Source: Candidatus Bathyarchaeota archaeon
GTDB lineage: Archaea; Thermoproteota; Bathyarchaeia; Bathyarchaeales; Bathycorpusculaceae
Length of the DNA: 64,000 nt
Reading direction: 5' to 3'
NCBI GenBank assembly: GCA_003164295.1
Contig: PLTA01000012.1
Location: 6,331-70,330, forward strand
Shown: positions 1 to 10,987 of the stretch, in pieces
Numbering within the stretch: the first letter of the stretch is position 1
Layout: each line of letters begins with the position of its first letter
Notes under the pieces: generated by a model
The model's input: only the letters and a program-made list of their open reading frames with translations
What the model was told of the DNA's origin: nothing
Databases searched by the model: none
Program-made: the position numbers and the translations under genes

Positions 1-463
1 AAGTATACTTAATCTTGGGTATGTTTATTTTCAAATCTGCGTTTTGAATAATCTGTGGAACCATAAAACGAAAAGATTGCCCGCCTGCAGTAAAGTTCGC
101 ATTAACAAATTTCGCTTCTGAAAGATTAACTAAAGGAACATTGTAGTCTTTGGAAAGTTGATCATAACCCAACATCTTAAAGGCATACTTACATTTCATG
201 GCGGATGCATCGGATTCCACAATAGAAATATTCGCATCTGGTGAAACTCGTTCACGAATCAAGTCTATTAACGCTGCAACAAACTGTGGATCAGTTGTTT
301 GACCTGTTGTACAATCCCAATAATAACACATGTTAGGCTTGATAACGATATTTAATGCTTCCTTCTTGAAAGAGTAATTTATTAAATCCAAGGATTCGGA
401 AATGGAATCTTTAATTGAATCTTTACCAGTTCCTCTAATTTTGACTAGGCTAACTAAGCTCAT
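1..463 (-). CDS. DUF362-family protein (partial; runs off window start)
   Basis: Not in ORF track. Manual translation from ATG at 463 (GGAGG upstream): MSLVSLVKIRG...IVIKPNMCYYWDCTTGQTTDPQFVAALID...IVESDASAM...INIPKIK; IKPN/TTDP/PKxK pattern typical of DUF362. Confidence 0.75.
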   Translation of the reverse strand, partial: MSLVSLVKIRGTGKDSIKDSISESLDLINYSFKKEALNIVIKPNMCYYWDCTTGQTTDPQFVAALIDLIRERVSPDANISIVESDASAMKCKYAFKMLGYDQLSKDYNVPLVNLSEAKFVNANFTAGGQSFRFMVPQIIQNADLKINIPKIKYT

Positions 464-576
464 AAGACTTCCTCCGCGTGATCCTATTTATTTTGAGTGG
501 TAACTGATAATCAATCTGTCAGATCTTCTTTTTGTTAAGACCTTTAATTGTCATCATTAGAAAACTCTGCATTACA

Positions 577-1494
577 TCAATTCGCTTTGAAGTGCCCATA
601 CCCACCCAAATGAGCACTAAAAAAACCCAAAAGCCATGCAATTCTCTTGAAAGAATAATGTAGCGGCAACAGAAACACCATTTTTTTATGAGTTAAAGCA
701 TACGCATTGGGGCAACGTATTAAGCCAGCTACAAAACCAGCAAAAGGGGTCATTTTTAATAAACTTAAAGCGCTAACATCTTTGTGGTAGATGAAGTGAC
801 CGCCGCGGCCATACCAGAAGTATTGGTTCCAAAGAGAAAACAATGAGGGCCTTGTAGATTCTACAAAAAAAGTATCGGTTTTACCCAATTCCCAACCGCT
901 CGCGATTAACCTGTAATCCAATTCAGTGTCTTCTGCAGCGCCTTTTATGTTCATGTCGAAACCCCCAACCTGTCTGACGGCTTCAACTCGATAAATAGCG
1001 CCTTCTGCCCCTGGAAGATAACCAAACTTTGTGTTCTTCTTTTCTCCATAAACTGAGTCAACAGCATAGACCAAGTTTTCCAAGTCCGCAACTAAACCTT
1101 GCCCCTGATGTAATCCATATTTGCCTGCCGCAATAGCCACCGAAGGATTCAACTGCATAAAGTCTACTTGCTTTCGTACATAATCGTCGGGCAAAACCAT
1201 GTCTGCGTCAACCCAAACGATGTAAACACCTCTTGCTTTACTCACTACTATTTGACGCGCTGCGCCTAAACCTTTGTTGTCCCGGAGAATTGTGAAATCG
1301 AAATCAACTCCGGAAAGATCTTTCTTAACGAGGGAGAGCGTTTGATCCTGACTAAAACCTTCAATAACAAGAAGTTCCAAAGATTTATGAGGAAAATCCT
1401 GATTAACTATACTGCGGATGGCCTTCGTGACCGTTGCTTCTGCATTTTTCACGCACAAACCAACTGTTACAACAAATGAGTTAGTGGAATTCAT
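577..1494 (-). CDS. Glycosyltransferase family 2
   Basis: GT-A motifs GLGAARQ, WVDAD, VGGFD, AEDTEL; paralogue of 2840..3802. Confidence 0.9.
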   Translation of the reverse strand: MNSTNSFVVTVGLCVKNAEATVTKAIRSIVNQDFPHKSLELLVIEGFSQDQTLSLVKKDLSGVDFDFTILRDNKGLGAARQIVVSKARGVYIVWVDADMVLPDDYVRKQVDFMQLNPSVAIAAGKYGLHQGQGLVADLENLVYAVDSVYGEKKNTKFGYLPGAEGAIYRVEAVRQVGGFDMNIKGAAEDTELDYRLIASGWELGKTDTFFVESTRPSLFSLWNQYFWYGRGGHFIYHKDVSALSLLKMTPFAGFVAGLIRCPNAYALTHKKMVFLLPLHYSFKRIAWLLGFFSAHLGGYGHFKAN

Positions 1495-1646
1495 TGTTCA
1501 TGTCCTCAACAAGTCAGCTAAACAAGCTAAATAAATCAGTAAATCTTTGTTTGTTCCATTAATCTAAGAAAATGCCGATTTTCAGTAGCGTTCCAAGAAA
1601 TCTAATTCGCATGCAATCATATAATTGAGTTAAAACATGGTAATCG

Positions 1647-2771
1647 TTATGCTTTTCCCCATGCCACATAATGTTTCCCAAATAAAAGATTAATCGAGGC
1701 AACCGCAAGAATAAAATTATCAATAACAACTTCAAAGAAAATGTTTCGCGCTAAAACTAACAGTCCAACAATAACAACTAAGACTGCGATTGAAAACAAA
1801 GAAAATGGAAACAAGACAATCATCGTAACTGTCGATGCTGCTAAAGCGATAAAAACCCAAGGAACAAAAACAAATAACAGAATTTCCGGAATAGCTATCC
1901 TCTTTGGCAACAGAAGACGTTTCTTTGTCAAGAGATTAAGACAGGTTAACCAGAGACTCATCAACTGGGTTGCACGTCGAAGTTTAGTTTTTATTTTTCC
2001 CCGAAAATGGGTCGGAAAAGTCGTGTAAAACAAGACTTCAGGAATCAAGATAGTCCTATAATGATTTTGAATCACTTTCAAGGCGGTCCCAGAATCATCA
2101 GATCCAGTTTCCCTATCGAACTCATCAAAAGCCCCCTTCTTGTACGCACAGAACCCACCCTCGAATCTTATAGTTGAGTGTGCCTTAGATTCGCCAAGAC
2201 GGATCAAATTTGCAAGGTTCAGATATGATTTTTCAGCTTTAGTTACCCATGATTGATCGCTGTTTGTATTGACTCCTCCACAAGTAATTGCTCCAATTTT
2301 AGAATCTGATAAATACGGTAATGCCTTTTTAAGCAAATCTTTTTGCCAGGTTGTATCAGCGTCAGTAACTATAACTATCTCGTGGGTCGTAGTTAGAAGA
2401 GCTTTATTTAATGCAGCTGATTTCCCTTCATGCTCAACCTGCTTTATTATCTTAATGCCTAACTCTGGATTGTTCTTAATGAAGTTTTCCACAAGTAATA
2501 AAGTCTTGTCGTCAGAAGCATCATCAGCCACTATAATCTCCATTTTTTGCTTAGGATATAATACATCCCTTACATTTTCTAGTTTCGATTCAATAATTCG
2601 TTCCTCATTGTGCACTGGAATCAAAATTGAAATATTCGGTTCAAACGCACCATCTATTTTTAATCCCCAAGGCTTTCTTGAACTAAACGTGACGTAGCAC
2701 AAAAAAACTCCATAAATTCCAACGAAAAGGAACAAAAACGTTAAAAATAATAGATCAACAACTTCAATCAA
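1647..2771 (-). CDS. Membrane-bound GT2 (cellulose synthase/PgaC-like)
   Basis: IPVHNEE, DDASDD, GKSAALN, TDAD, SDD motifs; N- and C-terminal TM helices. Confidence 0.88.
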   Translation of the reverse strand: MIEVVDLLFLTFLFLFVGIYGVFLCYVTFSSRKPWGLKIDGAFEPNISILIPVHNEERIIESKLENVRDVLYPKQKMEIIVADDASDDKTLLLVENFIKNNPELGIKIIKQVEHEGKSAALNKALLTTTHEIVIVTDADTTWQKDLLKKALPYLSDSKIGAITCGGVNTNSDQSWVTKAEKSYLNLANLIRLGESKAHSTIRFEGGFCAYKKGAFDEFDRETGSDDSGTALKVIQNHYRTILIPEVLFYTTFPTHFRGKIKTKLRRATQLMSLWLTCLNLLTKKRLLLPKRIAIPEILLFVFVPWVFIALAASTVTMIVLFPFSLFSIAVLVVIVGLLVLARNIFFEVVIDNFILAVASINLLFGKHYVAWGKA

Positions 2772-2839
2772 TAATTATTCCCCAATAGATCAATCTTTTG
2801 CGATAATTATATGAATTTGTTATTTTTTTAAGAATTTAA

Positions 2840-3802
2840 CTAATATAATTTAGGTCCATAGACGAGTTTCTTTAACCCTTTGTCAAGAAGACGATTGCTC
2901 TTTTGAACCACTTGAGACTTTTGTGACCTCGACCGAGTAAATCCTAAAAACCAAGCAGTACTCTTAAAAGCATAAAAAAATGGCAAAAGAAAAGAAACTT
3001 TCTTCTTAGTTAACAAATAGCCAATAATTCCATAACGAACCCCAGCCACAAAACTAGCAAGCGGATTCATCCTATAAACAGAGAAAAAAACCGTGTTTTT
3101 ATTGTAAACTCTACGACTAGTTTCCCCGCGTTTGAGACTCCGTTTCCAAAGGGCACCAAAGGTTGACAATCCTTCATGGCTTTCTTCGAAAAAAGAATTA
3201 CCTCGAATAATTAACCATCCCGCCTGAGTCATCCTGTAGGCCGCATCTATATCCTCGCAAGATCCTTGGAGATTTTCGTCAAACCCACCAGCTTCCTTAA
3301 TGGCTTTGAGACGATAAGTTGTGCCTCCTGTACCAGGTAATTTTGATGGATCCTTCCAATCTCTAAATCTATTCTCGACAATGTAAGGAATGTGCTCAAG
3401 GGTAAGGACTTGATTTTGTTCATATGGAAATTTCATGCGGGCAGTGGCAATCGCAGCTTTGGGATTAAGCTCCATTAAGTTAATTTGCCTTCGCACAAAG
3501 TCCTTTTCCAGAACTTCATCACTATCCAACCAAATTATGTATTCTCCATTAGCATTTTGGACTATGGTATTCCTAGCTTTTCCTATGCCGCGCCAACCGT
3601 CATGGAATATTATTGCAGGAACGTCAATTTCTGAGAAGGCTGCCTTTACTATCTGTAATGTGTTATCCTCACTGCCATCATCAACAAAAACTATCTCCAT
3701 CAATCTATGATCGAAATCTTGCTGAATAACACTATTAATCGCATCCAAAACAATGTTTTCGGAGTTTCTAGCGCAAATTCCGATAGTCACCTTTGGCTTC
3801 AT
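2840..3802 (-). CDS. Glycosyltransferase family 2
   Basis: VDDGSED, GIGKARN, WLDSD, GGFDE, CEDID motifs. Confidence 0.9.
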   Translation of the reverse strand: MKPKVTIGICARNSENIVLDAINSVIQQDFDHRLMEIVFVDDGSEDNTLQIVKAAFSEIDVPAIIFHDGWRGIGKARNTIVQNANGEYIIWLDSDEVLEKDFVRRQINLMELNPKAAIATARMKFPYEQNQVLTLEHIPYIVENRFRDWKDPSKLPGTGGTTYRLKAIKEAGGFDENLQGSCEDIDAAYRMTQAGWLIIRGNSFFEESHEGLSTFGALWKRSLKRGETSRRVYNKNTVFFSVYRMNPLASFVAGVRYGIIGYLLTKKKVSFLLPFFYAFKSTAWFLGFTRSRSQKSQVVQKSNRLLDKGLKKLVYGPKLY

Positions 3803-3972
3803 TAGAATACCACCTAAATTATTTTCGGTAAGATCATAATCAAATCAAATTGTTAAAGTAACCAGATACTTACAACTCAAGGCAACTTTCAACTAAACAG
3901 AAATTGTTGCGTTTCGTGTTTGAACTGTAAATTACATATTCTAAAAAATTTTGAAAATGGACTAGGTTACTT

Positions 3973-4899
3973 CTAATAAATTTTCCTTAAAATAAGGAAT
4001 GTTTCTTTTGCTTGCTTTTCTTTTGAAACGCCAACAGCCACACCTTTAATGTTAGGCAAAGACGCCAAATATTTGGAAGCCTCTTCAGGCTTGATGTATC
4101 CCGACGCCAATATGCTCATAGCGATAACTACGGGGCTCTGTAGTATTTTCAAAGCTTTTTCACATTCTTCGATCGATGGAGTCATCTGGAAACCAACCTT
4201 GTTAAAAGGTGTCAAGATGGTCACTTTGTTTAAGTCTATGTTCCATTCAGCGAATTTTCTCACCAGGAAAGGGAAGTTACCTGTATTGAAGCCAGGTGTT
4301 ATTTTCTTATGCGAAAGAAAAGCAAAGTATTCTTTGAACAACCAATCTAAGTCCAGAGCCAAAGCAAGATCAGTAACCACCTGATGAAGCAAAACAGATT
4401 CCAACCGAATCGTCTTACTCAGGTGTGAGTCAAGCCGAGAAAGTTCATAACCCAAATAGGCCTTTAATAGCGATTTAGGATTTGCAGTTAAAGTAGTTGA
4501 AACACCATAAATCAGAGACTCAGCATTCCCTGATTTAATCATATCCCAACCGAGCTTCTTAACTAAACCAGCAAATCCACCACGCTGAGTCGCCTTCTGC
4601 ACATACTCAAATGCATAAGGCATAACGGGATAAAGCCTTAAACCTCTATCTAAACCTTTTAAATCCAATTTATCGAGAATCGAAAGATTAGAATCACACA
4701 TAGAAAACGTAAACCCGTTCGCACCATTTTCTAAAGCTAACCGCAATAAATGAGCCGCAAACACAGGATCTCCAGGATCATCAACGCGTTCTCTAGCTTT
4801 GCTTTGCGACAAATGGCTGATATTTAGAAAAGGGTTATCGCCCACTAGCAATAACGGTTCATTGACACTATTGTCCATTAGTTTTAGCCTTCTTTTCAA
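3973..4899 (-). CDS. Conserved hypothetical protein, probable aldo/keto-reductase-like TIM barrel
   Basis: LLVGDNPF N-terminus, PFNKVGFQM and IAMSILASG segments; coupled to upstream oxidoreductase; true start may be slightly downstream. Confidence 0.55.
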   Translation of the reverse strand: MKRRLKLMDNSVNEPLLLVGDNPFLNISHLSQSKARERVDDPGDPVFAAHLLRLALENGANGFTFSMCDSNLSILDKLDLKGLDRGLRLYPVMPYAFEYVQKATQRGGFAGLVKKLGWDMIKSGNAESLIYGVSTTLTANPKSLLKAYLGYELSRLDSHLSKTIRLESVLLHQVVTDLALALDLDWLFKEYFAFLSHKKITPGFNTGNFPFLVRKFAEWNIDLNKVTILTPFNKVGFQMTPSIEECEKALKILQSPVVIAMSILASGYIKPEEASKYLASLPNIKGVAVGVSKEKQAKETFLILRKIY

Positions 4900-5866
4900 T
4901 TTCCTCTATTATATGCTCAACTCGGGCAGCAGAATCGAAACTAGGTTGCCCAATCAATTTATCCTCGATAGCCTTAAAAAAAAACTCGTCTTCTCGATAA
5001 TACTCTGGACTTCCCAACCAGAAATCAACATTATCTCGCAGATTAAGTCGATACAACGTAGAAACTTCGCCGTCAATATCTAACCGGACGTAATCATCAT
5101 TCACCATAAGGGTTCCCTTGGAGCCAAGAATGGAAAATTCAACTTCGGGCATCCGATAGCCTTCAACACACCAAGAAACAAAAACCTCGCCTGCAGGAAT
5201 TAATTCATCACTAGATACATTGAAATGAACAGAATCGACTGCCCCTGGCCCAGTTAATGACTCGGAAGTTGCTGACGCGATATTAAAATCACCAAAATAC
5301 CAAAGAAGTAAATCAATAGGATAACAACCCAGATCCTTCAAAACCCCTCCTCTAGCAATGGAAACAGCAGGATCATGAATATCAAAAAAATCCGAAGAGG
5401 ACATGTTAATTTTGAAAGAAAGCGGTTTTCCAATAGCCCCCTGCTTCAGTAACTCATTGCCCTTCATGAAAGTAACCATAAATCTTCGCACATAACCAAC
5501 CATACTTACGCCTTTGCCAACCATCAAATCGCAAAGAGCTCTCGAATCAGCATAAGAACTAGAAAGAGGCTTTTCAACAAATATATTGTCCGCAAGGCCT
5601 GCTTCAATAGCAGTTCTTGCAACGGTGTAGTGAGTCGAAGTGGGAGTTGTTATGAACAAAGCATCCAAATCTAAAATTGATAATTCTGAAACATTTGCAA
5701 CAACTGGGACTTTTCGGAGGACTTTTTTAATTATTCGTCTAGTCAAAGGAGTAGCCTCACAGACGCCCACCAGTTTTACCCCAGGAAGCACATTCAAAAT
5801 ACCACAATGCAGCAAACCCATCTTTCCCAAACCAACAACTGCAACTTTTAACGGATCTTTCTCCAT
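4868..5866 (-). CDS. Gfo/Idh/MocA family NAD(P)-dependent oxidoreductase
   Basis: GLGKMG Rossmann motif, FVEKP, GGVLKDLGCYPID. Confidence 0.9.
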   Translation of the reverse strand: MEKDPLKVAVVGLGKMGLLHCGILNVLPGVKLVGVCEATPLTRRIIKKVLRKVPVVANVSELSILDLDALFITTPTSTHYTVARTAIEAGLADNIFVEKPLSSSYADSRALCDLMVGKGVSMVGYVRRFMVTFMKGNELLKQGAIGKPLSFKINMSSSDFFDIHDPAVSIARGGVLKDLGCYPIDLLLWYFGDFNIASATSESLTGPGAVDSVHFNVSSDELIPAGEVFVSWCVEGYRMPEVEFSILGSKGTLMVNDDYVRLDIDGEVSTLYRLNLRDNVDFWLGSPEYYREDEFFFKAIEDKLIGQPSFDSAARVEHIIEEIEKKAKTNGQ

Positions 5867-6603
5867 GTTACTTCATCTTTCAATTTTTATAGTATTAGGT
5901 AGAATAAAATATTTGGGAAAAGGTCATTTCTTTAGAATTAATATTCTTAGGAGCTGTTTAATGAATTCATATGAGTTTTGAGGTGTATAGATATTTTTAA
6001 TATTTTGCAAACAAATTTTTTTCTTGGATACGATTTGTGTCTTACTACTATTTGTTTAATAACAGCGGATTTTGTTGCAAGAATAACTATATCAATGAAA
6101 ATTAAATGCCTATATAATAGAGTGAAGAGGTTTGCTAAAAGCGATCCAGTGACCACTTTCCTCCTTTAACGAAGAAAAAACATACAACCCTCTGCAAGAT
6201 GCTCTCAAGTTAAGCAAATTTGTTGATTTAATTGAAAGGGTCAAATCCAGAAACTTGGATCAGATTCCTTTCACATAACTTTTATGGGCTTCAATTTATG
6301 CTACTGACTTGACAGTTATTGAAAAGCATGTAACAGAATACTTAACTCGGTGAGTGTTTTACTGGAAGTTTAAATTCCTATTGGATCTCAATATTTGTTT
6401 ATAATGAAAAGAATAGCCATAGAATTTGGTAATCAAATTCCTATATCCCTAAAATAAATATGTTTGTATGGTTTACGGAACAGAGGATTTTGATTATAAG
6501 TTAATGGAAGGCATAGTTCTACAGGAATAATGTAATAAATGCTAACGAACCTACTGGTCTTGAAATTTTTCACTGTTATTTTGATGGCTTAACCGTTGAA
6601 CCT

Positions 6604-7872
6604 CTAATTTTCTAATGCAAATTTCTTTGCTTGCTCCACGGCTGAAGGGAGCTTTTCTATTACAGTATTGAGACAAGGACAGGATTCAGAGTCACCCATT
6701 AAATCAAAGAGTGCAGACAATTCCTTGAATAAACGTGTTGTACTCAAAACATCTTTCGAAACTCTTGACAAAGAAGAGTTTGAGCGTAAATATTTCACCA
6801 ATGGCGCCAAGTTCGTTTTACACATGAAAACTCTAACATTACTTAAGAGCACAGAGGACCAAAATGACATGAAGGCAGAATCGCCCATAAAATCTATGGT
6901 TTTAAACTGACCCTCATTGAACAGATCACGTACAGCAATGTTGGTTATATATTTACCAACATAAAACTTTCTATAATGATCATCATAAGATGTTGTGGTT
7001 ATAAATGCCTTTTCTTTGTATTTAACAGCAAAGGTGTAAGCAACTATTTCGCAATTGATTTGTAGAAACCAAATACTCCACTTAAAATCTTGTTTATTTC
7101 TGGCTGCAGTCTGCGATCCTTCCCAAATCATTAAGAGCGTTTCTTCATCAAGCTCGATGCCTGTGCTTTTGCGCTCAGACTCCTTCCAACTCAGTTTTTC
7201 AACATTAAGTATCTTCTCTAATATATCTGGGCGGTTGCTTGGATTTTCAAATTGCTCGATTCTCCACGAACCAATTTGATCCAGTTTACGCTCTATCTGC
7301 CTAATAATTCTTCGCCGTCCTTTCTTTTTTTGGAATTCATCCCACGTGCACTCGACTGGAATAATACGATGCTCCCATTGAGGCCTCGCGGAAAAGCTGA
7401 TTCCGTGAACTTTACATTGCTGTTCTATGATCTCCAGATTTGGGGACTCGGGATCCATATTAAAGCTAACAAAATTACAATTCAAAGTCGTAAACAAATA
7501 TTCCAAAAAACATCGCATACAAACCTGCCGATATTGATTATCGATAATGAAATCTGGCGAGAAACCATCATGTGGAAAGAACTGAACAAAATGCTGCCCT
7601 AACCGTTTCTTTTTCATCAAAGGAGCTATTCCCACAATCTTTTCATCTGCTTTAATCACAAGAACAAACGGAGTCCAACCTATTACGCGATTCGACTTCA
7701 TGAACCGGATGAAAAATCCGCTTAATGAAAAAGGATTTTTACTCCAGTTGTTTACAAAAGCATCCAGGACATCGCCTGATTCAAGAATTTCAGAAGGATC
7801 CGAGATTGTGTATAATGACAACCCAATTGGAGTCGCAATCTCCTCAGATACCATGAACGTGATTTTCTGCAA
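6604..7872 (-). CDS. GNAT acetyltransferase, CelD/BcsL (Acetyltransf_6)-like
   Basis: VGIAPL N-domain, SWK motif, TSYDDHYRKFYVG and IDFMGD typical of polysaccharide-locus GNATs. Confidence 0.75.
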   Translation of the reverse strand: MQKITFMVSEEIATPIGLSLYTISDPSEILESGDVLDAFVNNWSKNPFSLSGFFIRFMKSNRVIGWTPFVLVIKADEKIVGIAPLMKKKRLGQHFVQFFPHDGFSPDFIIDNQYRQVCMRCFLEYLFTTLNCNFVSFNMDPESPNLEIIEQQCKVHGISFSARPQWEHRIIPVECTWDEFQKKKGRRRIIRQIERKLDQIGSWRIEQFENPSNRPDILEKILNVEKLSWKESERKSTGIELDEETLLMIWEGSQTAARNKQDFKWSIWFLQINCEIVAYTFAVKYKEKAFITTTSYDDHYRKFYVGKYITNIAVRDLFNEGQFKTIDFMGDSAFMSFWSSVLLSNVRVFMCKTNLAPLVKYLRSNSSLSRVSKDVLSTTRLFKELSALFDLMGDSESCPCLNTVIEKLPSAVEQAKKFALEN

Positions 7873-8236
7873 TAAAGCTCGCCTAAACCCTATTTTCCTT
7901 GAAATGGTTATAAGCTTTATTACGATTCCGTACTAATTGTCAAAAATGATTTAAAATAACCTAAACTAACATATTTTACTTCGTTTCCGTGCACTACTTC
8001 TAAACGCCGCAGGTTAGGCATTCACGTAAAAGTCTAATAAAATCCAATTAAAGTTTCCAGATGAATTTATTTCAAGAAACAAGCCTTTGGATACAGCAAA
8101 TTCAATTCAAGCGTCTGATTGTTAAAATAATGTGATTAGAAGGAGAGACAGCCCGATGACTTCCCTAAAAAATTTAGGGCGTTAAAGAAAAAAAATTATT
8201 TCAAGATGATCAGTTGTACCGGGCAAAACCTCTTAA

Positions 8237-8884
8237 CTAAATAATTCCATTCGATTGAGGTTTTTCCACAAAACGAACTACTTCAAAGGCTTCTGCATAA
8301 TTTACATTTACTTGATGACCCCTGAAAATAGCCATACTGACTATTGACTCAACGTGAATATACGACTTGTTTTTTTGCGTGCCATGACATTTCAGAGCGG
8401 CTAATTTTTCATTAATACTATCAGAAATGTCAACGTAATAAGCGGGTGTGAACGTAGAAGTTACCCGTGGAGTTTCATAGGCTAGTATTCGGGGTGAAAA
8501 TCTAAAGGCTGCCATTGAAAGCCAACCCACTTGACGGTGATCTTGATGCATTGAGTTAATACTGTGGGTCAAAATCGTCTCTGCTTTTTGATTATCATAA
8601 AAAGCTTCAAGGAATTTCACTGCTTTGCTTGAATTTGGAAGTTCAGTATCTGGAAAATCCCCAAAATGAACTTCTGATACACCTAGCATTGTTAGAGCTT
8701 TTTTGCTTTCTTCGCATCTGACTTCAGGATCAGCACTCTGCTCACCTTTAGTCATAACAACCGCTATTACTTTTTTTCCAGCTTTAGCCGCAGCTCTAAC
8801 AGTGCCTCCACAGCCTAATTCAATATCGTCGGGGTGGGCTCCGACTGCAATTATTACATCTGATCTTAATACCAAATTCAACAA
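8237..8884 (-). CDS. PIG-L/LmbE family N-deacetylase
   Basis: AHPDDIELGCGG, HQDH metal motifs, C-terminal AEAF. Confidence 0.9.
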   Translation of the reverse strand: MLNLVLRSDVIIAVGAHPDDIELGCGGTVRAAAKAGKKVIAVVMTKGEQSADPEVRCEESKKALTMLGVSEVHFGDFPDTELPNSSKAVKFLEAFYDNQKAETILTHSINSMHQDHRQVGWLSMAAFRFSPRILAYETPRVTSTFTPAYYVDISDSINEKLAALKCHGTQKNKSYIHVESIVSMAIFRGHQVNVNYAEAFEVVRFVEKPQSNGII

Positions 8885-8999
8885 CTCTTTTATTTTTAAA
8901 AAAAAATTCCGTGAGTTCGATTTAATGTAAAGTTATTCCGATTTTATTAATATGTTTCGGCAATTGCTAACGCGTTCATATTATGGGATCTAAACTAAT

Positions 9000-9857
9000 T
9001 TAATCGGCGGGTTTGGAAAAAACAAAATATATAGTTTGACCGTCAGCATAAGTCTTTGAACCTTCCCAACGTCTGTATATTACTTTGCCACCAGCTTTCT
9101 CAATCATTGAGTCAATATTATGATAGAAAACACCGTCAGAACTTCTAATCTCTGAATGCTCAAGCTTTGAGTTGTCAACAGTTGGATGCGCAATTGAATA
9201 AATGGCTACAATTTTGTTGCAATGATTCATCATTTCCAAAACCACTTCAGAAGCAGCTGTCTCATTCAGGTAAACTAATACTGCTGCACAAAAAACCACA
9301 TCATATTTGGAACCATTCATTATACTTTGAAGCTCTGACATATCAGCATTAATTAAGTGAATTTTGGACCCGTGTTCACGAAGATAAGCTTCACCTCGTA
9401 AAATAGAGGGACCGTCAATGTCGTTACCTTCAAGCTTAGTAGCATTTGGAAAAACATCAGTTTCCATGTAGCGGAGCAGGAAACCAGAAGAGCAACCCAC
9501 GTCAAAGACACTTTTAACGTCTTTCTCAGGATTTACGCCATTTTGAATCAGACAAGCTTTCAAGTCATCAAACAACATTTTTCTAGTGGGCCTAAGATTC
9601 TCATTCCCAAATTCGTTGCACTCTTCATACCATCGTGCATAAGCAAGATGATGCGACCAAAGGAAACGATGAAAAGCGTCAGGATCCTTATCCGCCCAAT
9701 CATTCAACAACATGAAAGGAAGCACTTTGCGCCTAGGCATCCAACCTCGATGATCCGCCCAGACCGCTAAAGACTTACGTCTGGAAAGCGGAAGAATCTT
9801 TGTGATCGACTTCTTAAAAAATCTACTGGCTTTTTTCTTTAGAGAAAAAGGCGTCAT
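9000..9857 (-). CDS. Class I SAM-dependent methyltransferase
   Basis: VFDVGCSSG motif I, acidic DID, YDVVFCAAVLVYL. Confidence 0.85.
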   Translation of the reverse strand: MTPFSLKKKASRFFKKSITKILPLSRRKSLAVWADHRGWMPRRKVLPFMLLNDWADKDPDAFHRFLWSHHLAYARWYEECNEFGNENLRPTRKMLFDDLKACLIQNGVNPEKDVKSVFDVGCSSGFLLRYMETDVFPNATKLEGNDIDGPSILRGEAYLREHGSKIHLINADMSELQSIMNGSKYDVVFCAAVLVYLNETAASEVVLEMMNHCNKIVAIYSIAHPTVDNSKLEHSEIRSSDGVFYHNIDSMIEKAGGKVIYRRWEGSKTYADGQTIYFVFSKPAD

Positions 9858-9860
9858 AAA

Positions 9861-10967
9861 CTATGAAAACCTTCCCTCGTTTACGTAACGCGTTAATTCC
9901 TTAGTGCTAAGATTTGAAAGTCCAAGCTTTTCTAGGGATCGTCCCGAACTCCAATAATCCGTTCGATGAACCATGCATCCCATTTGAACAATGCTGGAAG
10001 TTCCGCTCACTGAAATACCATTAGTCTTACCTAAGGAAGCAATTGGCACTAAACCCGTTGGAACATCTTCGAAAATGTAACGATGGTTAAGAGAACTGGG
10101 CGCTTTGACCTCAAAATAACCTGGCTGATTGTGAATAGCTTCTCGAAGGTCTCTGCCCGTTACATGGTAAGCCATTTGAACCCACTCCAACGCAGTTTGA
10201 CCTCGGATTCCTAGTGACGCAACAACGTTCATACGTTCACTATCAAGAATCTCCAAAACTCGACCCACCGCTGGAGTTAAACCTTCGATGTAGAACTTGA
10301 AATCTCCTTGAGTTGCCTCGATTCTGCCCGCATTTAATATCGTGAGAGCTGGATGCAGAACAGCGCCCATATTGTTCAAACCCGTATGCAACACATTGAT
10401 TCCGTCGATGAATTGTGGAAAAACCTGGCGAATCGAATCCAACACCATTTTTGTACGTGTAGCAGGAAAAGCTGCAATGGGAACAGCATCTTTTATGCCA
10501 TAAATTCGGGCTTTGGACGGACCTTCAGATCTACAAATGAAAATTAATGTTTCCGCTTCAGCCACTGTGACATCAGCCACGCAGCCACTGTCTCGAAGCA
10601 CTTTAGCAAACTCAAGCGCTCCAAAAGTTCGCCCCGGATGCAAAACAACGATTTGTCCATCACTCAAATGACATGCTATACTCTTAGCGATATCGGCATG
10701 AGCAGAAGAAGGAACTACAACCATAATCATGTCAGCATCCTTCACAGCTTGACCGATGTCTGAGGTTGTTGCGGCTAATTCTGCAAAACCATGAGGTTGA
10801 CCTTCAACACTTTCCAAATCAAGTCCCATCCGAGCTTTAATCTGTGAAATGTGCTCAAGAGTGCGGTTGTACAATGTTACTCGAAAACCCGATAATGCTA
10901 GATGAGCGGCCATAGCTTTCCCGCCGTTTCCAGCACCGATAACTGCAAAATTTTTAGGTGAATCCAA
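9861..10967 (-). CDS. NAD/NADP octopine/nopaline (opine) dehydrogenase family
   Basis: IGAGNGG, LHPGRT, LNNMGAVLHP..LN, RYIFEDVPTGLVP, GRSLEKLGL motifs. Confidence 0.9.
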   Translation of the reverse strand: MDSPKNFAVIGAGNGGKAMAAHLALSGFRVTLYNRTLEHISQIKARMGLDLESVEGQPHGFAELAATTSDIGQAVKDADMIMVVVPSSAHADIAKSIACHLSDGQIVVLHPGRTFGALEFAKVLRDSGCVADVTVAEAETLIFICRSEGPSKARIYGIKDAVPIAAFPATRTKMVLDSIRQVFPQFIDGINVLHTGLNNMGAVLHPALTILNAGRIEATQGDFKFYIEGLTPAVGRVLEILDSERMNVVASLGIRGQTALEWVQMAYHVTGRDLREAIHNQPGYFEVKAPSSLNHRYIFEDVPTGLVPIASLGKTNGISVSGTSSIVQMGCMVHRTDYWSSGRSLEKLGLSNLSTKELTRYVNEGRFS

Positions 10968-10987
10968 CTTAATTTCAATCCTATTTG

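Noticed and set aside
5947-6169. Two short overlapping ORFs in AT-rich intergenic DNA
   Set aside because: No recognisable motifs or SD; mutually antisense; likely chance
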